From Chara braunii (Eukaryota; Plantae; Charophyceae): DNA of 64,000 bases. Position 1 is the first letter of the stretch, and every line of letters begins with the position of its first letter. The stretch is taken from positions 3,580,038-3,644,037 of the forward strand of contig BFEA01000025.1 in assembly GCA_003427395.1 (NCBI GenBank), read 5' to 3'. Below the pieces are notes generated by a model, which did not search any database, had not been told where the DNA came from, and worked only from the letters and a program-made list of their open reading frames with translations. The position numbers and the translations under genes were made by a program. Positions 1-11,910 of the stretch are shown here, piece after piece.

Positions 1-597
1 AAATAAAACATCATATCCCCTATATTCAACACCTTCACAAGAAACATCACAAACACCATAAATACTGCCACCACAAAAATAAAAGCGCTTACAATAATTG
101 CTTTTTATATTTCGTTAAACCAAACTTAATTTATAAAACAAAAAATTCAACGTTCATTCAACAAACGTTTTTCATGCATCAGTCTGTCATCGCAATATGC
201 GATCAAGTTCCAACAACAAATGTGAGAGAGAGAGAAAGAGACGGGGGGGGGGGGAGTGAGAGAGAGAGAGAGAGAGAGGGTTTCCGTGTTATCAGAAGTC
301 AAAGTCAACTCATTTTGTGCCTCACCACACACGTCTATGTCTTTATTTCACGTCCGTACTCTCTTTCTCTTGCTATGTTCGATCGAGCACGTTCACAGTG
401 TGTTACCACGCGCGTCTATGTCTTCGTTTCAAGTCCGTACTCTCTCTCTCTCTCTTGCTGTGTCAAGATCTTGCACGTTCACCGTGTGTTACGAATTACG
501 AATTTCAAAAACCTCCACGCCCCCTAATGTCTTCGCACCGACGTTCGACGCTTTTCGCTAAGAGCAGGCGTTCAGATGGTTGAAACGAGAGCGCGAC

Positions 598-1030
598 TAG
601 TCGCTGCATCTTCTATTATACTGTTCCCAAAGAAGAAAGATCACGATCGACCATTTGCCACACTTTTTCTATGGATCAACCTGCCATTAATGCAGCTGAT
701 CAAGTTTCAGCAACAATTACTGCCGACGATGCAGAAAAAGTTGATTGGATTGTTGTAAAAATTATTAAGTGCGACAGACAAAGCAGTCGCTACAAATTAA
801 TTGATGAAAAATTGACACAGCAACAGTACAAATTCGCTGCATCTTGTATTATCTTGTTCTCAAAGAAGGAAGATCACGGTCTCTCATTTGTCGCACTTTT
901 CCTATGGATCAACCTGCTATCACTGCACCTCATCAAGTTCCAACAACAGTTACTGCCGACGATGCAGAAAAAACTGATTGGATTGTTGTAAAAATAACTA
1001 AGTGCGACAGAAAAAAACAATTGCTATAAA
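598..1030. repeat. Imperfect tandem duplication (~235 bp unit)
   Basis: tcgctgcatct...atggatcaacctgc...ttactgccgacgatgcagaaaaa...aagtgcgacaga occurs twice (~600-790 and ~833-1015). Confidence 0.85.
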
Positions 1031-1065
1031 CTTATTGATGTTACCTAAGGGAAAAAAAAAAAGAC

Positions 1066-1116
<51 letters not shown>

Positions 1117-1960
1117 NNNNNNNNNNNNNNNNNNNNNNNNNNNNNNNNNNNNNNNNNNNNNNNNNNNNNNNNNNNNNNNNNNNNNNNNNNNNNNNNNNNN
1201 NNNNNNNNNNNNNNNNNNNNNNNNNNNNNNNNNNNNNNNNNNNNNNNNNNNNNNNNNNNNNNNNNNNNNNNNNNNNNNNNNNNNNNNNNNNNNNNNNNNN
1301 NNNNNNNNNNNNNNNNNNNNNNNNNNNNNNNNNNNNNNNNNNNNNNNNNNNNNNNNNNNNNNNNNNNNNNNNNNNNNNNNNNNNNNNNNNNNNNNNNNNN
1401 NNNNNNNNNNNNNNNNNNNNNNNNNNNNNNNNNNNNNNNNNNNNNNNNNNNNNNNNNNNNNNNNNNNNNNNNNNNNNNNNNNNNNNNNNNNNNNNNNNNN
1501 NNNNNNNNNNNNNNNNNNNNNNNNNNNNNNNNNNNNNNNNNNNNNNNNNNNNNNNNNNNNNNNNNNNNNNNNNNNNNNNNNNNNNNNNNNNNNNNNNNNN
1601 NNNNNNNNNNNNNNNNNNNNNNNNNNNNNNNNNNNNNNNNNNNNNNNNNNNNNNNNNNNNNNNNNNNNNNNNNNNNNNNNNNNNNNNNNNNNNNNNNNNN
1701 NNNNNNNNNNNNNNNNNNNNNNNNNNNNNNNNNNNNNNNNNNNNNNNNNNNNNNNNNNNNNNNNNNNNNNNNNNNNNNNNNNNNNNNNNNNNNNNNNNNN
1801 NNNNNNNNNNNNNNNNNNNNNNNNNNNNNNNNNNNNNNNNNNNNNNNNNNNNNNNNNNNNNNNNNNNNNNNNNNNNNNNNNNNNNNNNNNNNNNNNNNNN
1901 NNNNNNNNNNNNNNNNNNNNNNNNNNNNNNNNNNNNNNNNNNNNNNNNNNNNNNNNNNNN
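1117..1960. other. Assembly gap (N run) flanked by (GA)n/(TC)n microsatellites
   Basis: Direct observation. Confidence 1.
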
Positions 1961-1991
1961 TCTCTCTCTCTCTCTCTCTCTCTCTCGCTGC

Positions 1992-2036
<45 letters not shown>

Positions 2037-2607
2037 AAGACCACAAAATAATTGCTTCACCTAAATGACGAAAACAATACAACAATAATAAAACATAAGA
2101 GATTAAAGACAATCGCTAGAACACAAATTTTTAAAAAATCTAAAAATTATGAAGCATTTAAAAATATTGATTACGAAAAAATCAAAAGAAAAATATTACA
2201 TATCTTACAAGAAGTAATGACCTTCGAAGATTTAGAACTTTCAGTTTGTTGTGTGTGTGATGCACTAGAACTTAAGAGTAAAATACTCTTTCTCTCTCTC
2301 TCTCTCTCTCACACATAAGACCACAAAATAATCGCTTCAGCTACCTTAGGGCTGCGTTCCTCGTGCCCATGCGGTATACAATCAAGAAAAGTGGACCCGC
2401 ACCGTTTCAATTTTGAAAAAGGACTGCGGCCTCCTCGGCCTCCTACGCGCAGCTACCGGTCCTACGAGGTCCTTGAACAAAACCCGTGCGGTCCCACAGC
2501 AGCTACCGGTCCTGCAGTTTCAAATAAGATGCCACCACCCCCTAAACTGCCATGCCTTGTTTTTCCAGCCTTCCGACGACCGTATAATGAACGACGATGA
2601 TAAATGT

Positions 2608-2767
2608 TATCAGGGGGGTAAAACGCACCCCTGACGGACTGCGAACTGGTATAAAGACGGACCATGAAAATGTCTCAGGGGGGGTAAAAGCACCCCTGAC
2701 TGCCTGCCAACAGAACGACGAAAATTTGATTCAGGGGTATAAACCGCATCCCTGACGGGCTGCGAAC
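2608..2767. repeat. Three short hairpin repeats (tcagggg-N~11-cccctga)
   Basis: atcaggggggtaaaacgcacccctgac-like units near 2609, 2675 and 2729. Confidence 0.7.
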
Positions 2768-3943
2768 ATCACAGATTATCAGGGGTGCCTGCGGTGCCAT
2801 CAGGCAATCGGGAATCTGTCCAACAGCGTGGGTAATGGCGTCTGAACGTCCGGCCTCAGAGCACCACTCACCAAATGTGCCAAATGGAGAACGTCTACTC
2901 CCTTAGAATGTGGAATTATACATCCTCCATAGCTTTTGCCTTTTTCACACTTGATGAGCGGTGCGCGGAGGTCGTTCCAGAAGAATCAGCGGTTGGTTCG
3001 ATTTGTTTTTCTTGTCCGACCTCGGTTCCCAGCGGCTTTGGGAACCACAAGTCTGTTGTTCTCCCCTGTGGTGGTGATTCGATTGCCACGACGATTTGTC
3101 CGCGTATCTCGACTGCCGCTTCTTTTGGTGAATGGCGATCTCACTCCTGGAAAGGACGCGGTCTCACAGCTCTCCGTTAGGTGCCATGTAGGCGCTGCAC
3201 GAAGAGTCGGCCCGCCGCTGACGGTCACGCGTGTTTGTCATCCCAAGTCCCGCCGCTGACGGTTGCGTGCCTAGCTGGACTGCTTTCGCGGGAAAAAACG
3301 TTGCAGCAAAGCCGAGCTGGCAACGCGCCTGGCTAACCAGTCATTCATTCGCAAGCTGGCAACGCGCCTGGCTAAGCAGCCAGCCATTGGAAAAGTGGAA
3401 ATATTCAGAAACTGCCCGCGCCCAAGAGCGGACGTGTCGAAAATTCGCATGGGCTCGCGGCTTCGTCTCGGCGTTTCCCTGCCATTGAATCGATCATGCA
3501 GATTGCGTCGAAGTGGTCATGTCGCGCTCAGGCGCCTCGCCCTCGTCAATGACCCAAGAGAAGAGGCGATCGGTGATTGTGTGACAAGCAATCATCGTGC
3601 GACAGCGCGACTCGTTGGATGCGACAAATTGGCAGGTCGGGGAGATCCAGAGGTGAAAAAACGGCGGGCTCTTACTGTTGCGGCCTTGCCGCCAACGTTG
3701 CGCGTCAGTTCCGTCGGTGATGTGCGCAGACGACGAGGAGGGAGCGGACGAGGATTGGTCGGGGGGAAAGGAATCGCAACTTTCGGCGGGCAATTAGCGC
3801 GCGAGCCTCGTTCCGACGTGGCGCGCGCGTGGCAGGGCCGGGGTCTGGCGGTGCGTCGGAGTCTCAATTTGCTACTAACGGTAGGAGGGCAGCCTGTGTG
3901 TGCGCGATCGCGATCGCGATCGCCATCGCCAGAACTTCCAGCG

Positions 3944-5505
3944 ATGGCGGTCGCTACGGCGCTAAGGCTGTGGGGTCACAATCCGACTATGGCGGCGGCA
4001 GCTGCTGCTGCGGTGGCCACAGCTGCCGCCTCAACTTCCGATTCCCCCGCCCATGTTCCGGCGCGAGCCACGGCGGAGGGGGAGAATACCGGGGGAGAGA
4101 AGCCATGGAGCTCCACTAGAAACGGCCCCAACTCGGTCAGACCTCCGCAGGTGCCGATCCTCTTTTACCCGGCAGCAACTAATGACGGGCCCTCGTTCTT
4201 GTTTCCTCTGGATCGTGCCACGTCAGCAGAATCTGACCACCTGCGCGATGGCGATCTGTCCAAATCTGTCGGTCCAGGTTCGTCCAGAAATTCTCCGTGG
4301 AACTCGCAGGTGTCTTCTTTCCCGCCATCTTCGGACAAACATCATGTCTCCTTGAGAACCTTTGCATCTTCTTCTCCCTCCTTCTCCTCCTCCTCCTCCC
4401 CCTCCTCCTCTCGTTCTTCCTCGTCTTCTTCTCCTCCGTATTTTGTTTTTTCATCTTCGTCCTCTTCCCAACATTCTCCTGCTTCTTCTCATCCGCACCT
4501 CTCGGCCCAGTCAATCAATGGTAACGGAAAGTTGTTTGAGCTGTCACAGTCAAAGAACAATGGAGACGGATTCGAATTGCAACAGCTGCGAAGTAATTTA
4601 CCATCTTTTTCTTCCGCCGCCTCCTCCTCCTCCTCCTCCCCCTCCTTCCCCTCCTCCTCTCCCTCTGCACAATCATCTTCATCATCGTCCTCCTTTTTGG
4701 CCCGTCCATCTTCTGGAGATCCGTTGTGGCCAGCCATGAAGTTGCCGCCGTCGACGAGTTCCTCCAGCCACGTGGCGTGGATCCAAGGGTCTTCTTCGCT
4801 ATCGCCGATGAATATCCCAGCGAAGAACATCTTCTCTCCCGCTGCGGTTTTCATTCCTGTGTCTTCGGTGCACTCACCGCAGGGGAGTTTTCCGTCGTTC
4901 TCACAGGCGATCGCGGAGTCGCAATTGCGCGCGGTTTTCTCGCCAGCGCTGTTTTCCTCGTCTTCGTCTTTTCTGGCCAGCGGCGCGGGGGGCGGTATTC
5001 TTGCCGGCGGTGTACCGACGGCGGGGGTGCGATGGGCGCGGCGATGCCTCGACGAGGTCGCGCCGGTATCCGGACAGACTTCGACGTCAACAGCAGTGTG
5101 GCCGCGTGCTTTGCATACGTGGCACGTTCCGAAGCCGGGATCGGGACGGAGCGAGGGGGGAGGAGGACCGGGAGATGGGCCGGGAGAGGTAGGAGGGAAG
5201 AAGCAGGCGGTAACGGTGGTGCTCTTGGGGTGGCTGGGCTGCCAGCAGAAGCATCTCCGACGATACGCGGAATGGTACACGTCGCAGGGGATGAACGCAG
5301 TCACGTTCGTGGTCCCGATGTCGTCGGTGCTAAGCCTGGGACCAGATGGGAAGGCAGAGAAGCACGTGCAGAGCTTGGTGGAGCAATTGGAGAGATGGAT
5401 CGTGACGGAGAGGGAAGGGGGAGTAGCGGCTCAGGCAGCGCCACGTGGCGAAGCCGGGGAGCGAAGTCTTGTCTTCCACACGTTTAGCAACACAGGCTGG
5501 CTGAC
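3944..5505 (+). CDS. TMEM53/DUF829 family protein, exon 1 (long Ser-rich N-terminus, then VVLLGWLG...HTFSNTGW)
   Basis: Motifs VVLLGWLGCQQKHLRRYAEWY and VFHTFSNTGWL are typical of plant DUF829; donor ac|gtaagt at 5506. The start ATG is a best guess. Confidence 0.88.
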
Positions 5506-6224
5506 GTAAGTGCGACACTTAGTTCAAGAAGACAATTCAAAGAGAAAGAAGCAAAGTGAAAGATATACAATATGATAATTATTATTATAATGATAATTAT
5601 CATATATTGGATATTCAAGAAGACAATTCAAAGAGAAAGAAGCAACAGACTAAGAGGAACGTCGGACGAAATTGATGTCCAAAAAAAAGGAGAAACAGAT
5701 CAGACGAGGGTGAACAAGACTATACCACCCGGAATTGGGTACTTGCCATACGGGGCGGAATGATACCCCACCACCACGTGTAACCGCTAACGAACAGAGT
5801 TAAACCAACAGAGTTAAAATTCTGTTGAGTACACCGCTGTCGAGGGGCTACCCCCGTCTCAAAAATAAGAGAAGAAGAGAAGACAGACAATTGAGAGTAC
5901 ATACAATCCAAGGTGTGAATGTGAAATGAGACTGCCAAGGGAAGGCATGGGCGAATGTTAGTAATAAGTGTTGAAGTGAACGCTGTAAACTCCCCGTCCT
6001 TTCTTCTTGCCGGCTGTTCTCTCTCTGCGATAGGCTGCACTGCGTCTCCATCTGCTCAATCACGACTGTACGGCTGTTCTCTCTTTGCGATAGGCTGCAC
6101 TGCGTCTCCATCTGCTCAATCACGACTGTACTCGAAGGTTTTCGTCCTCTCTTCCTGCCGGCTGCTCTCTCTCTCTAAGAGAAGAGGATAGCCCAACGAG
6201 GAAGGACGAAGGATTAGAAGATGA

Positions 6225-6790
6225 TCACAATACACGGGGATGGGGGCAGCCAGAGCTCAACCTGTCATCCACGTGGCTGGCCCTGTACGTAAGAGGTGAT
6301 GAACAGGTGGCGCTTTCCGTCCTTTTCCGTCGCTTGGTTTGTCTTTTTCCGCCTTTGCGCTCCGATACACGGTGTGACGATATATATATATATATATGAG
6401 TGTGTGTGTGTGTGTGTGTGTGTGGTGTGTATGTCGTCACAGAGAACTGCCCGGTGAACCGTCGGCAGAGAGGGAGAAGAAGACAATAATCAAGGGGCAG
6501 TGACAGACTTCCGTCGGAGTTTCACCGACTCAACCGTAGGCACATCGTCAACAGAACTGCCTAGTAAACTGAGGGGCAGAGAGGGAGGGAGAAGAGGACA
6601 ACAAACGAGGGGCTGTGAGAAACTGTTTCGTCGGAGCTTCGCCGACTCATCAGGAGGCTGAACCCTCTACAGTCTGCAAAGTCCCCTAACTCATTGCACT
6701 GTAAGTGATAACCCACCTTAACCCCAATTGTGATTAAGCATCAAAGACTGCCGGACAACTGATACCCCACAAGGACTGAATTCTACCGGA
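6225..6790. mobile_element. TRIM/LTR-like small repeat family segments around a (TA)n/(TG)n tract
   Basis: 6225-6380 matches 8840-9005; 6430-6790 matches 9010-9205 in inverted orientation. Confidence 0.55.
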
Positions 6791-6987
6791 CAACTGATAC
6801 CCCACGAGGACACGTCAGAGAACTGCGTAGAATTCAGTCCTTGTGGGGTATCAGTTGTCCGGCAGTCTTTGGTAGAATTCAGTCCTTGTGGGGTATCAGT
6901 TGTCCGGCAGTCTTTGGTAGAATTCAGTCCTTGTGGGGTATCAGTTGTCCGGCAGTCTCTGATGCTTAATCACAATTGGGGTTAAGG
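6717..6987. repeat. Local foldback with three tandem ~45 bp units
   Basis: tagaattcagtccttgtggggtatcagttgtccggcagtct x3 is the reverse complement of 6744-6785. Confidence 0.9.
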
Positions 6988-7264
6988 TCCCGACTCATCA
7001 GGAGGCTGAACCCTCTACAGTCTGCTTAGGCAGATAACGGTATTTGTTCCACGTAGTTCTCTGACGTGTCCTCGCTCCGCTCATTCGTCAACTTCCTTAC
7101 TTGGGCATGACGAGTATAACCCATCTCTTCATATACTCTTATTATGAACCTCCCATATCAAAAAACTGTCGCGCGTTCCTTATGAGTTGCCATGTTGTTT
7201 GCATGTGTTGTTTAATCGAGCAGGCTATCGGTGATCTGTACTTCGCCGGCCGACACATGATCTT

Positions 7265-7299
<35 letters not shown>

Positions 7300-8265
7300 T
7301 TGTGCGCGCGCGTCTGTGTCTGTGTGCGTGTGTGTGTGTGTGTGCTTTTGTGTGTTTGTGTGCGTGTAGTTAAGTACCGACTACGTCAGTTTTTTTCACC
7401 AGATTGTAGATGCGTTGAACTGTCCTCGGCAATTTTCTTGTAATAAAAACCGACGACCGCAGTTTCTATCACCAAATTTGGGATTGCCAGAATTGATGAG
7501 GCGAAAGTTTGGCTGTGGTGCACTTGCTGAGGTCTCTGTCGTGCATTTGGCGCCCGCCTTGAGAGAGCATCATCAGCATGGGGGTCGCCTTGGTTTTCAC
7601 GTACACTGCCGTCGTCACCATGCCTTAGAAGATTTAAAACGAATTAAGTTTTTTTGTTTTCCTTGTTTTCTTTCTGTTTTTTCGCTTTGGCGCTCTGATA
7701 TCATGTGACAATATATGGTCAGCTATTTGCGGTCTTGCTCGAATGGGAAACAGCCAGGTAAGTCCATCACCTGGTTGTCAAGTAGTGATGCACATTACCG
7801 TAATATGCACATATCTGTCTGGCGCTGTTACTTTGTGGCCGTAATCTAACTGAACTTTTTTCTCCTTTTATTAATTAAACTATAATAATAACAACAAGAT
7901 CAACAAAAATGATAACGGTTATAGTAATAATAAGCTAAAGATCTGTCAGGACTGTATGATGCCGCACTGTGATGAACGTCCTGGTGTTTTTTTTGACATG
8001 TGGACAGCATGTCCTTTGTCAGGACTGTTTTGATGGGGGATGGTCCGTGCTAGACGTCCTGCTGAATGCTGTGCTGGCGCAGCGCTTCTTGATGGGTATC
8101 TTTGTGAACATCCACGTCATCCTCAGCGTGCCTCCTATCTGCCGGGATGGGGTGGGGGCTCCTCTTCCTGACTGGTCAATAGAATCAGGTAGGTCAGGAG
8201 CAACACTAATTGCAGGACATATGAAGCTTTCGATACTATCACCAGATGTGGAGTTGAGGAAAGAA

Positions 8266-8541
8266 CTAGGCTACCAGCCGGGCCGCCCGGGTCCCGGCTG
8301 GCCAGCCCGTGCAAGGACAAGGGAAGGTCCCAGCAAAAAAACAAACAAAAAAAAAACAAATCGAAAAATCCCGGAAAAAACTATGTTATGCAGAAAAATA
8401 AACTGAACAACTTTTACCTCAGGGTCACATCGAAATTCTTTACCAAATTTAAAATAAAAAATAAAATTTAAAAATAATTTATTATTTTTATTCTTTATGG
8501 CCCGGCCGGGCAAGTGACCCCGGGCCACTCTGGTAGCCTAG
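8266..8541. mobile_element. hAT-type MITE
   Basis: TIR CTAGGCTACCAG/CTGGTAGCCTAG; 8-bp TSD GGAAAGAA; ccggg subterminal motifs. Confidence 0.85.
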
Positions 8542-8839
8542 GGAAAGAAGGAAAAAAGAAAAAAATGAAAACACGAAAAGAATAAAAGAAAGAAGAAAAG
8601 AACCTTCTGAAGAAAGAAAAAAAAGAAAACAAGGAAAAAGAAAACAAGAAAAAAATATGTTGAACTTTGTTGTGACAGTGGCAGTTGGTTTATCTGTGGG
8701 ATGTGTCATTTGCTTTGTTTGACTAATAGGCCTTCCTCTTCCTTTGTTTTTTCCTTTTCTCTTTCTCTTGCCTCTGTGAGGTCTGGTTTCCTCCTTTTCT
8801 TTACCTCTTTGCCTTTTGGCTGCGTGCAAGTGGGTCCTT

Positions 8840-9210
8840 GTGACACACGGGACACACGGGGATTGGGGCAGCCAGCGCTCAACCTGTCATCCACGTGGCT
8901 CGCCTTGTACGTAAGAGGTGATGAACAGGTGGGGCTTTCCTTCCTTCTTTCCCTTTCTCGTTTTGTCTTTTCCGCCTTTGCGCTCGGATTCATAATGTGA
9001 CAATATATAACCAGTTGTCGGGCAGTCGTTGAGGTGGATTATCACTTTTCAGTTAGGGGATTCTGCAGACTGTTGAGTGTGCAGCCTCCTCTTGATGAGT
9101 CTGTTGGTGAAACTCCGACGAAACAGTTTGTCACAGCCCCTCGTTTGGTGTCCTCTTCCTCTTCTCCCTCTCTGCCTACGGTTCACCGGCAGTTCTGTTT
9201 GACGATATAT
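8840..9210 (-). mobile_element. TRIM/LTR-like element: purine tract, ~140 bp TGTGACA...TGTCACA unit, PBS-like segment
   Basis: Inverted ends near 8996 and 9135. The related copy at 7690-7710 reads tgtcaca-tgatatcagagc on the minus strand, close to the iMet PBS TGGTATCAGAGC. Confidence 0.5.
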
Positions 9211-9417
9211 ATGTATGTATATCATATATATATTGTAAATGTATAATCTCTTCACAGCGGGAGTTCATCATAACCGCGAAGCAGTCAGGTAACTACCGTC
9301 TTCACCTGAATAGAACGCCCGGTCATTATAGCTGTATTTGGCACAACTTTCGGTCCAGGTGCAGCGAATCTCTTCACAGCGGAAGTTCATCATAACCGCG
9401 AACCAGTCAGGTAACTA

Positions 9418-9522
9418 CCGTCTTCACCTGAATAGAACGCCCGGTCATTATAGCTGTATTTGGCACAACTTTGGGTCCAGGTGCACCGATAATGACCGGG
9501 CGTTCTATTCGGGTGAAGACGG
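9418..9522. mobile_element. Tc1/mariner-type MITE (its 5' part is tandemly duplicated at ~9245-9363)
   Basis: TA|ccgtcttcacctgaatagaacgcccggtcattat ... ataatgaccgggcgttctattcgggtgaagacgg|TA. Confidence 0.85.
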
Positions 9523-9578
9523 TAGTGTAAGTTTGCGGCCATGGGAGAGAAATGTAAACAAGCCATAATCTGTTATTA

Positions 9579-9724
9579 GGGTCATACTCACACTAGGACT
9601 ACTTCTTCTGAGCTCTGGACGTGATTGCGGTGAGATTCATAATGGTCTGGCCGTAGTTGCAGCCAGATGCATTTTGGGAAGTGCAGCCAGATGCATTTTG
9701 GGAAGTGCTAGTGTGAGCATGCCC
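9579..9724. mobile_element. PIF/Harbinger (Tourist-like) MITE
   Basis: TIR ~GGGCATACTCACAC; TSD TTA; related copies at 51379, 53545 and 55832. Confidence 0.8.
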
Positions 9725-10220
9725 TTAGAGATGTGATAAATGAATGATGTGTTCAATCATAAATGTAGTGAATTGGGAAATATCATATGTACAGCTATGT
9801 TTTCGTTTTCACGCTCTGCGCTGCCCCATAACGTGATGTTCAAGTTTGCATCAGAAGCTTGCTTGTCCCACTGGGTTTTGGAAAACTGAACTCGTCATTT
9901 TGCAATTGAAGGGGAAAATCAACTGGGGTGGTTTCATATGGTCAGGTTTTGAAATCTCGATAGAGTGATGAGATAATGCAATGGCTCAATTGATTTCATT
10001 TCATGTCGGAGCAGCAGTATCCCCCACATGTTTTGTAAATGAAGAATGCTGGCTGATACGGAAATGAGCATGTCAAACCTGTTTATTTTCTGTTTTCTTT
10101 TTTGTTGTTTTAAACTTTCTCTTTCTTTTTTTTTCTTTTCTTTGCTATGTCCGTTGGTTTTGCTGCCGTTGCCCCTCCCCTGGGATTGTGGTGTGCCCAC
10201 CGCTTCTGGCTCCTGTCGAC

Positions 10221-10265
<45 letters not shown>

Positions 10266-10729
10266 CTGATTGCAAGATGGTTCTGTCATGTCTTGTTGCT
10301 TAGATCTGGAGAACAAGGTAGGTGAACCTCTTCCATATTTTCCAATTACGGGACTCGAAAGAACCCGTCATCATGGAACCTGGGAGGTCGCCCCCGTTTG
10401 TTTGTGGGTTTGGAATTACACCGACCGTCAGATCTGGTGAGTTTGAAATTTGAATCCATTGGCGATAATGTGGGTTTCGTTGGCACTCCAATTCTGTGTC
10501 TGCTGTTAGGATGGCCAGTAGATTGTGTGTCACTGTGTTGTTCATTCTTTTCTCGATTATGGCTGTACCGTACTGATGCGAGGGCCAGATCCAGATTTCT
10601 AGCTGACGTGCGAGACGCAGGTATGTCTGCGTTCTCGTTTTTTTGTCCTTTTCTTTGGAAAATCATTTGTTTAACCCTGTTGTAAAAGGAAGGAAGAAAG
10701 GAGGAAAGAGTACAACCAATGTGTACACT

Positions 10730-10767
10730 CTGTCTCTTATACACATCTAGATGTGTATAAGAGACAG
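10730..10767. other. Nextera mate-pair junction adapter (Tn5 mosaic ends), sequencing artefact
   Basis: Exact CTGTCTCTTATACACATCT+AGATGTGTATAAGAGACAG; absent from the adjacent duplicate copy. Confidence 0.98.
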
Positions 10768-10959
10768 CTTTATACTAGTTTGTAGATTGATATACCGCTG
10801 GGTGTTCTCTTTAACAGCTGGGTGTATTCTTGCACAGTCTCGTTTTTTTGTCCTTTTCTTTGGAAAATCATTTGTTTAACCCTGTTGTGAAAGGAAGGAA
10901 GAAAGGAGGAAAGAGTACAACCAATGTGTACACTTTATACTAGTTTGTAGATTGATTTA

Positions 10960-11280
10960 CCGCTGGGTGTTCTCTTTAACAGCTGGGTGTATTCTTGCAC
11001 AGTGGGGTGTACACTTTGCACCCTTCATAGATTGATTTGCTGTTGGCTGTTCTCTTGTGCAGCAGGGTGTGCTCTTGCACAGCTGGGTGTATTCTTGCAC
11101 AGCGGGGCGTACTCTTTGCACCGTTGGGTGTAGTCTTGTACACTTATAGAACCAATGTGTACACCTTACAGATTGATGTACCGTTGGGTGTACTCTTGCA
11201 CAGCTGGTTGTTCTCTTGCGCAGCTGGGTGTATTCTTGCACAGCTGGGCGTACTCTTTGCACCCCAGGCTGTACTCTTGC
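10960..11280. repeat. Degenerate ~21 bp minisatellite
   Basis: Recurring cagctgggtgtattcttgca. Confidence 0.85.
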
Positions 11281-11499
11281 TCATTGTGTCAGGGAGGGAT
11301 GGAATATGCACTGGAGTAATGAGGATTGCGCTACGTTGTGAACAAAATCGCAACTGATGTATGTATATTGCGAATGTCGGATCTGCATCCTTGCATCCTT
11401 GCCAAGAACAGGTGGTTATGGGTTAATGGGGGGCCTCCTGATTGACCATTTGGATGTCAAGAGCTGATTGATTGAGACCTATTTTCTGCTGTGGCGCAG

Positions 11500-11605
11500 G
11501 TATGGAGCGGTGTTGGAGGCACTGAAGAAACGAGTGCCAGATGCATTTCAGAACATTCGCGGTTGCATTGTCGACTCTGCACCAGTCGTTGATCCTGACC
11601 CACAG
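11500..11605 (+). CDS. TMEM53/DUF829 exon 2 (YGAVLEALKKRVPDAFQNIRGCIVDSAPVVDPDPQ)
   Basis: cag|g acceptor, phase 2 matching exon 1; GCIVDSAP motif; cag|gttggt donor. Absent from the ORF track on this strand. Confidence 0.92.
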
Positions 11606-11775
11606 GTTGGTGTCTGGATTAGGATGTCCCTGACTGTTGGATGAGTGTTGTGGAACCTGGTTTTCAATGATGGAGGACAAATGCCACTCCTCATAGGACT
11701 TCTCTTTTGTAGCGCGGCTTGATATCATTAGGTTCAGGGCCTTCAGGCCCTATTGGTGGTGCTATGTCCCGTTCT

Positions 11776-11910
11776 CAGAAGGTAGGAATGTAGTGGAAAG
11801 ACCATCCGTTTGCAGAAGGTAAGAATGTAATGGAAAGACCATCCGTTTGCAGAAGGTAAGAATGTAATGGAAAGACCATCCGTTTGCAGAAGGTAAGAAT
11901 GTAATGGAAG
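11776..11910. repeat. 37 bp tandem repeat, ~3.6 copies
   Basis: cagaaggtaagaatgtaatggaaagaccatccgtttg. Confidence 0.95.

Noticed and set aside
998-2112. Long ORFs of 339-355 aa
   Set aside because: They span the N gap and GA microsatellites, so they are artefacts.
2052-2318. CxxC-bearing 88 aa ORF as a transposase or Helitron fragment
   Set aside because: Too short and AT-rich, with only one weak motif.
3395-3943. Upstream extension of the 704 aa ORF
   Set aside because: It starts at GTG and has no family similarity; probably promoter or 5' UTR, although an upstream ATG cannot be excluded.
10730-10767. Genuine Tn5/IS50 insertion or horizontal transfer
   Set aside because: Back-to-back synthetic mosaic ends are the Nextera junction adapter.
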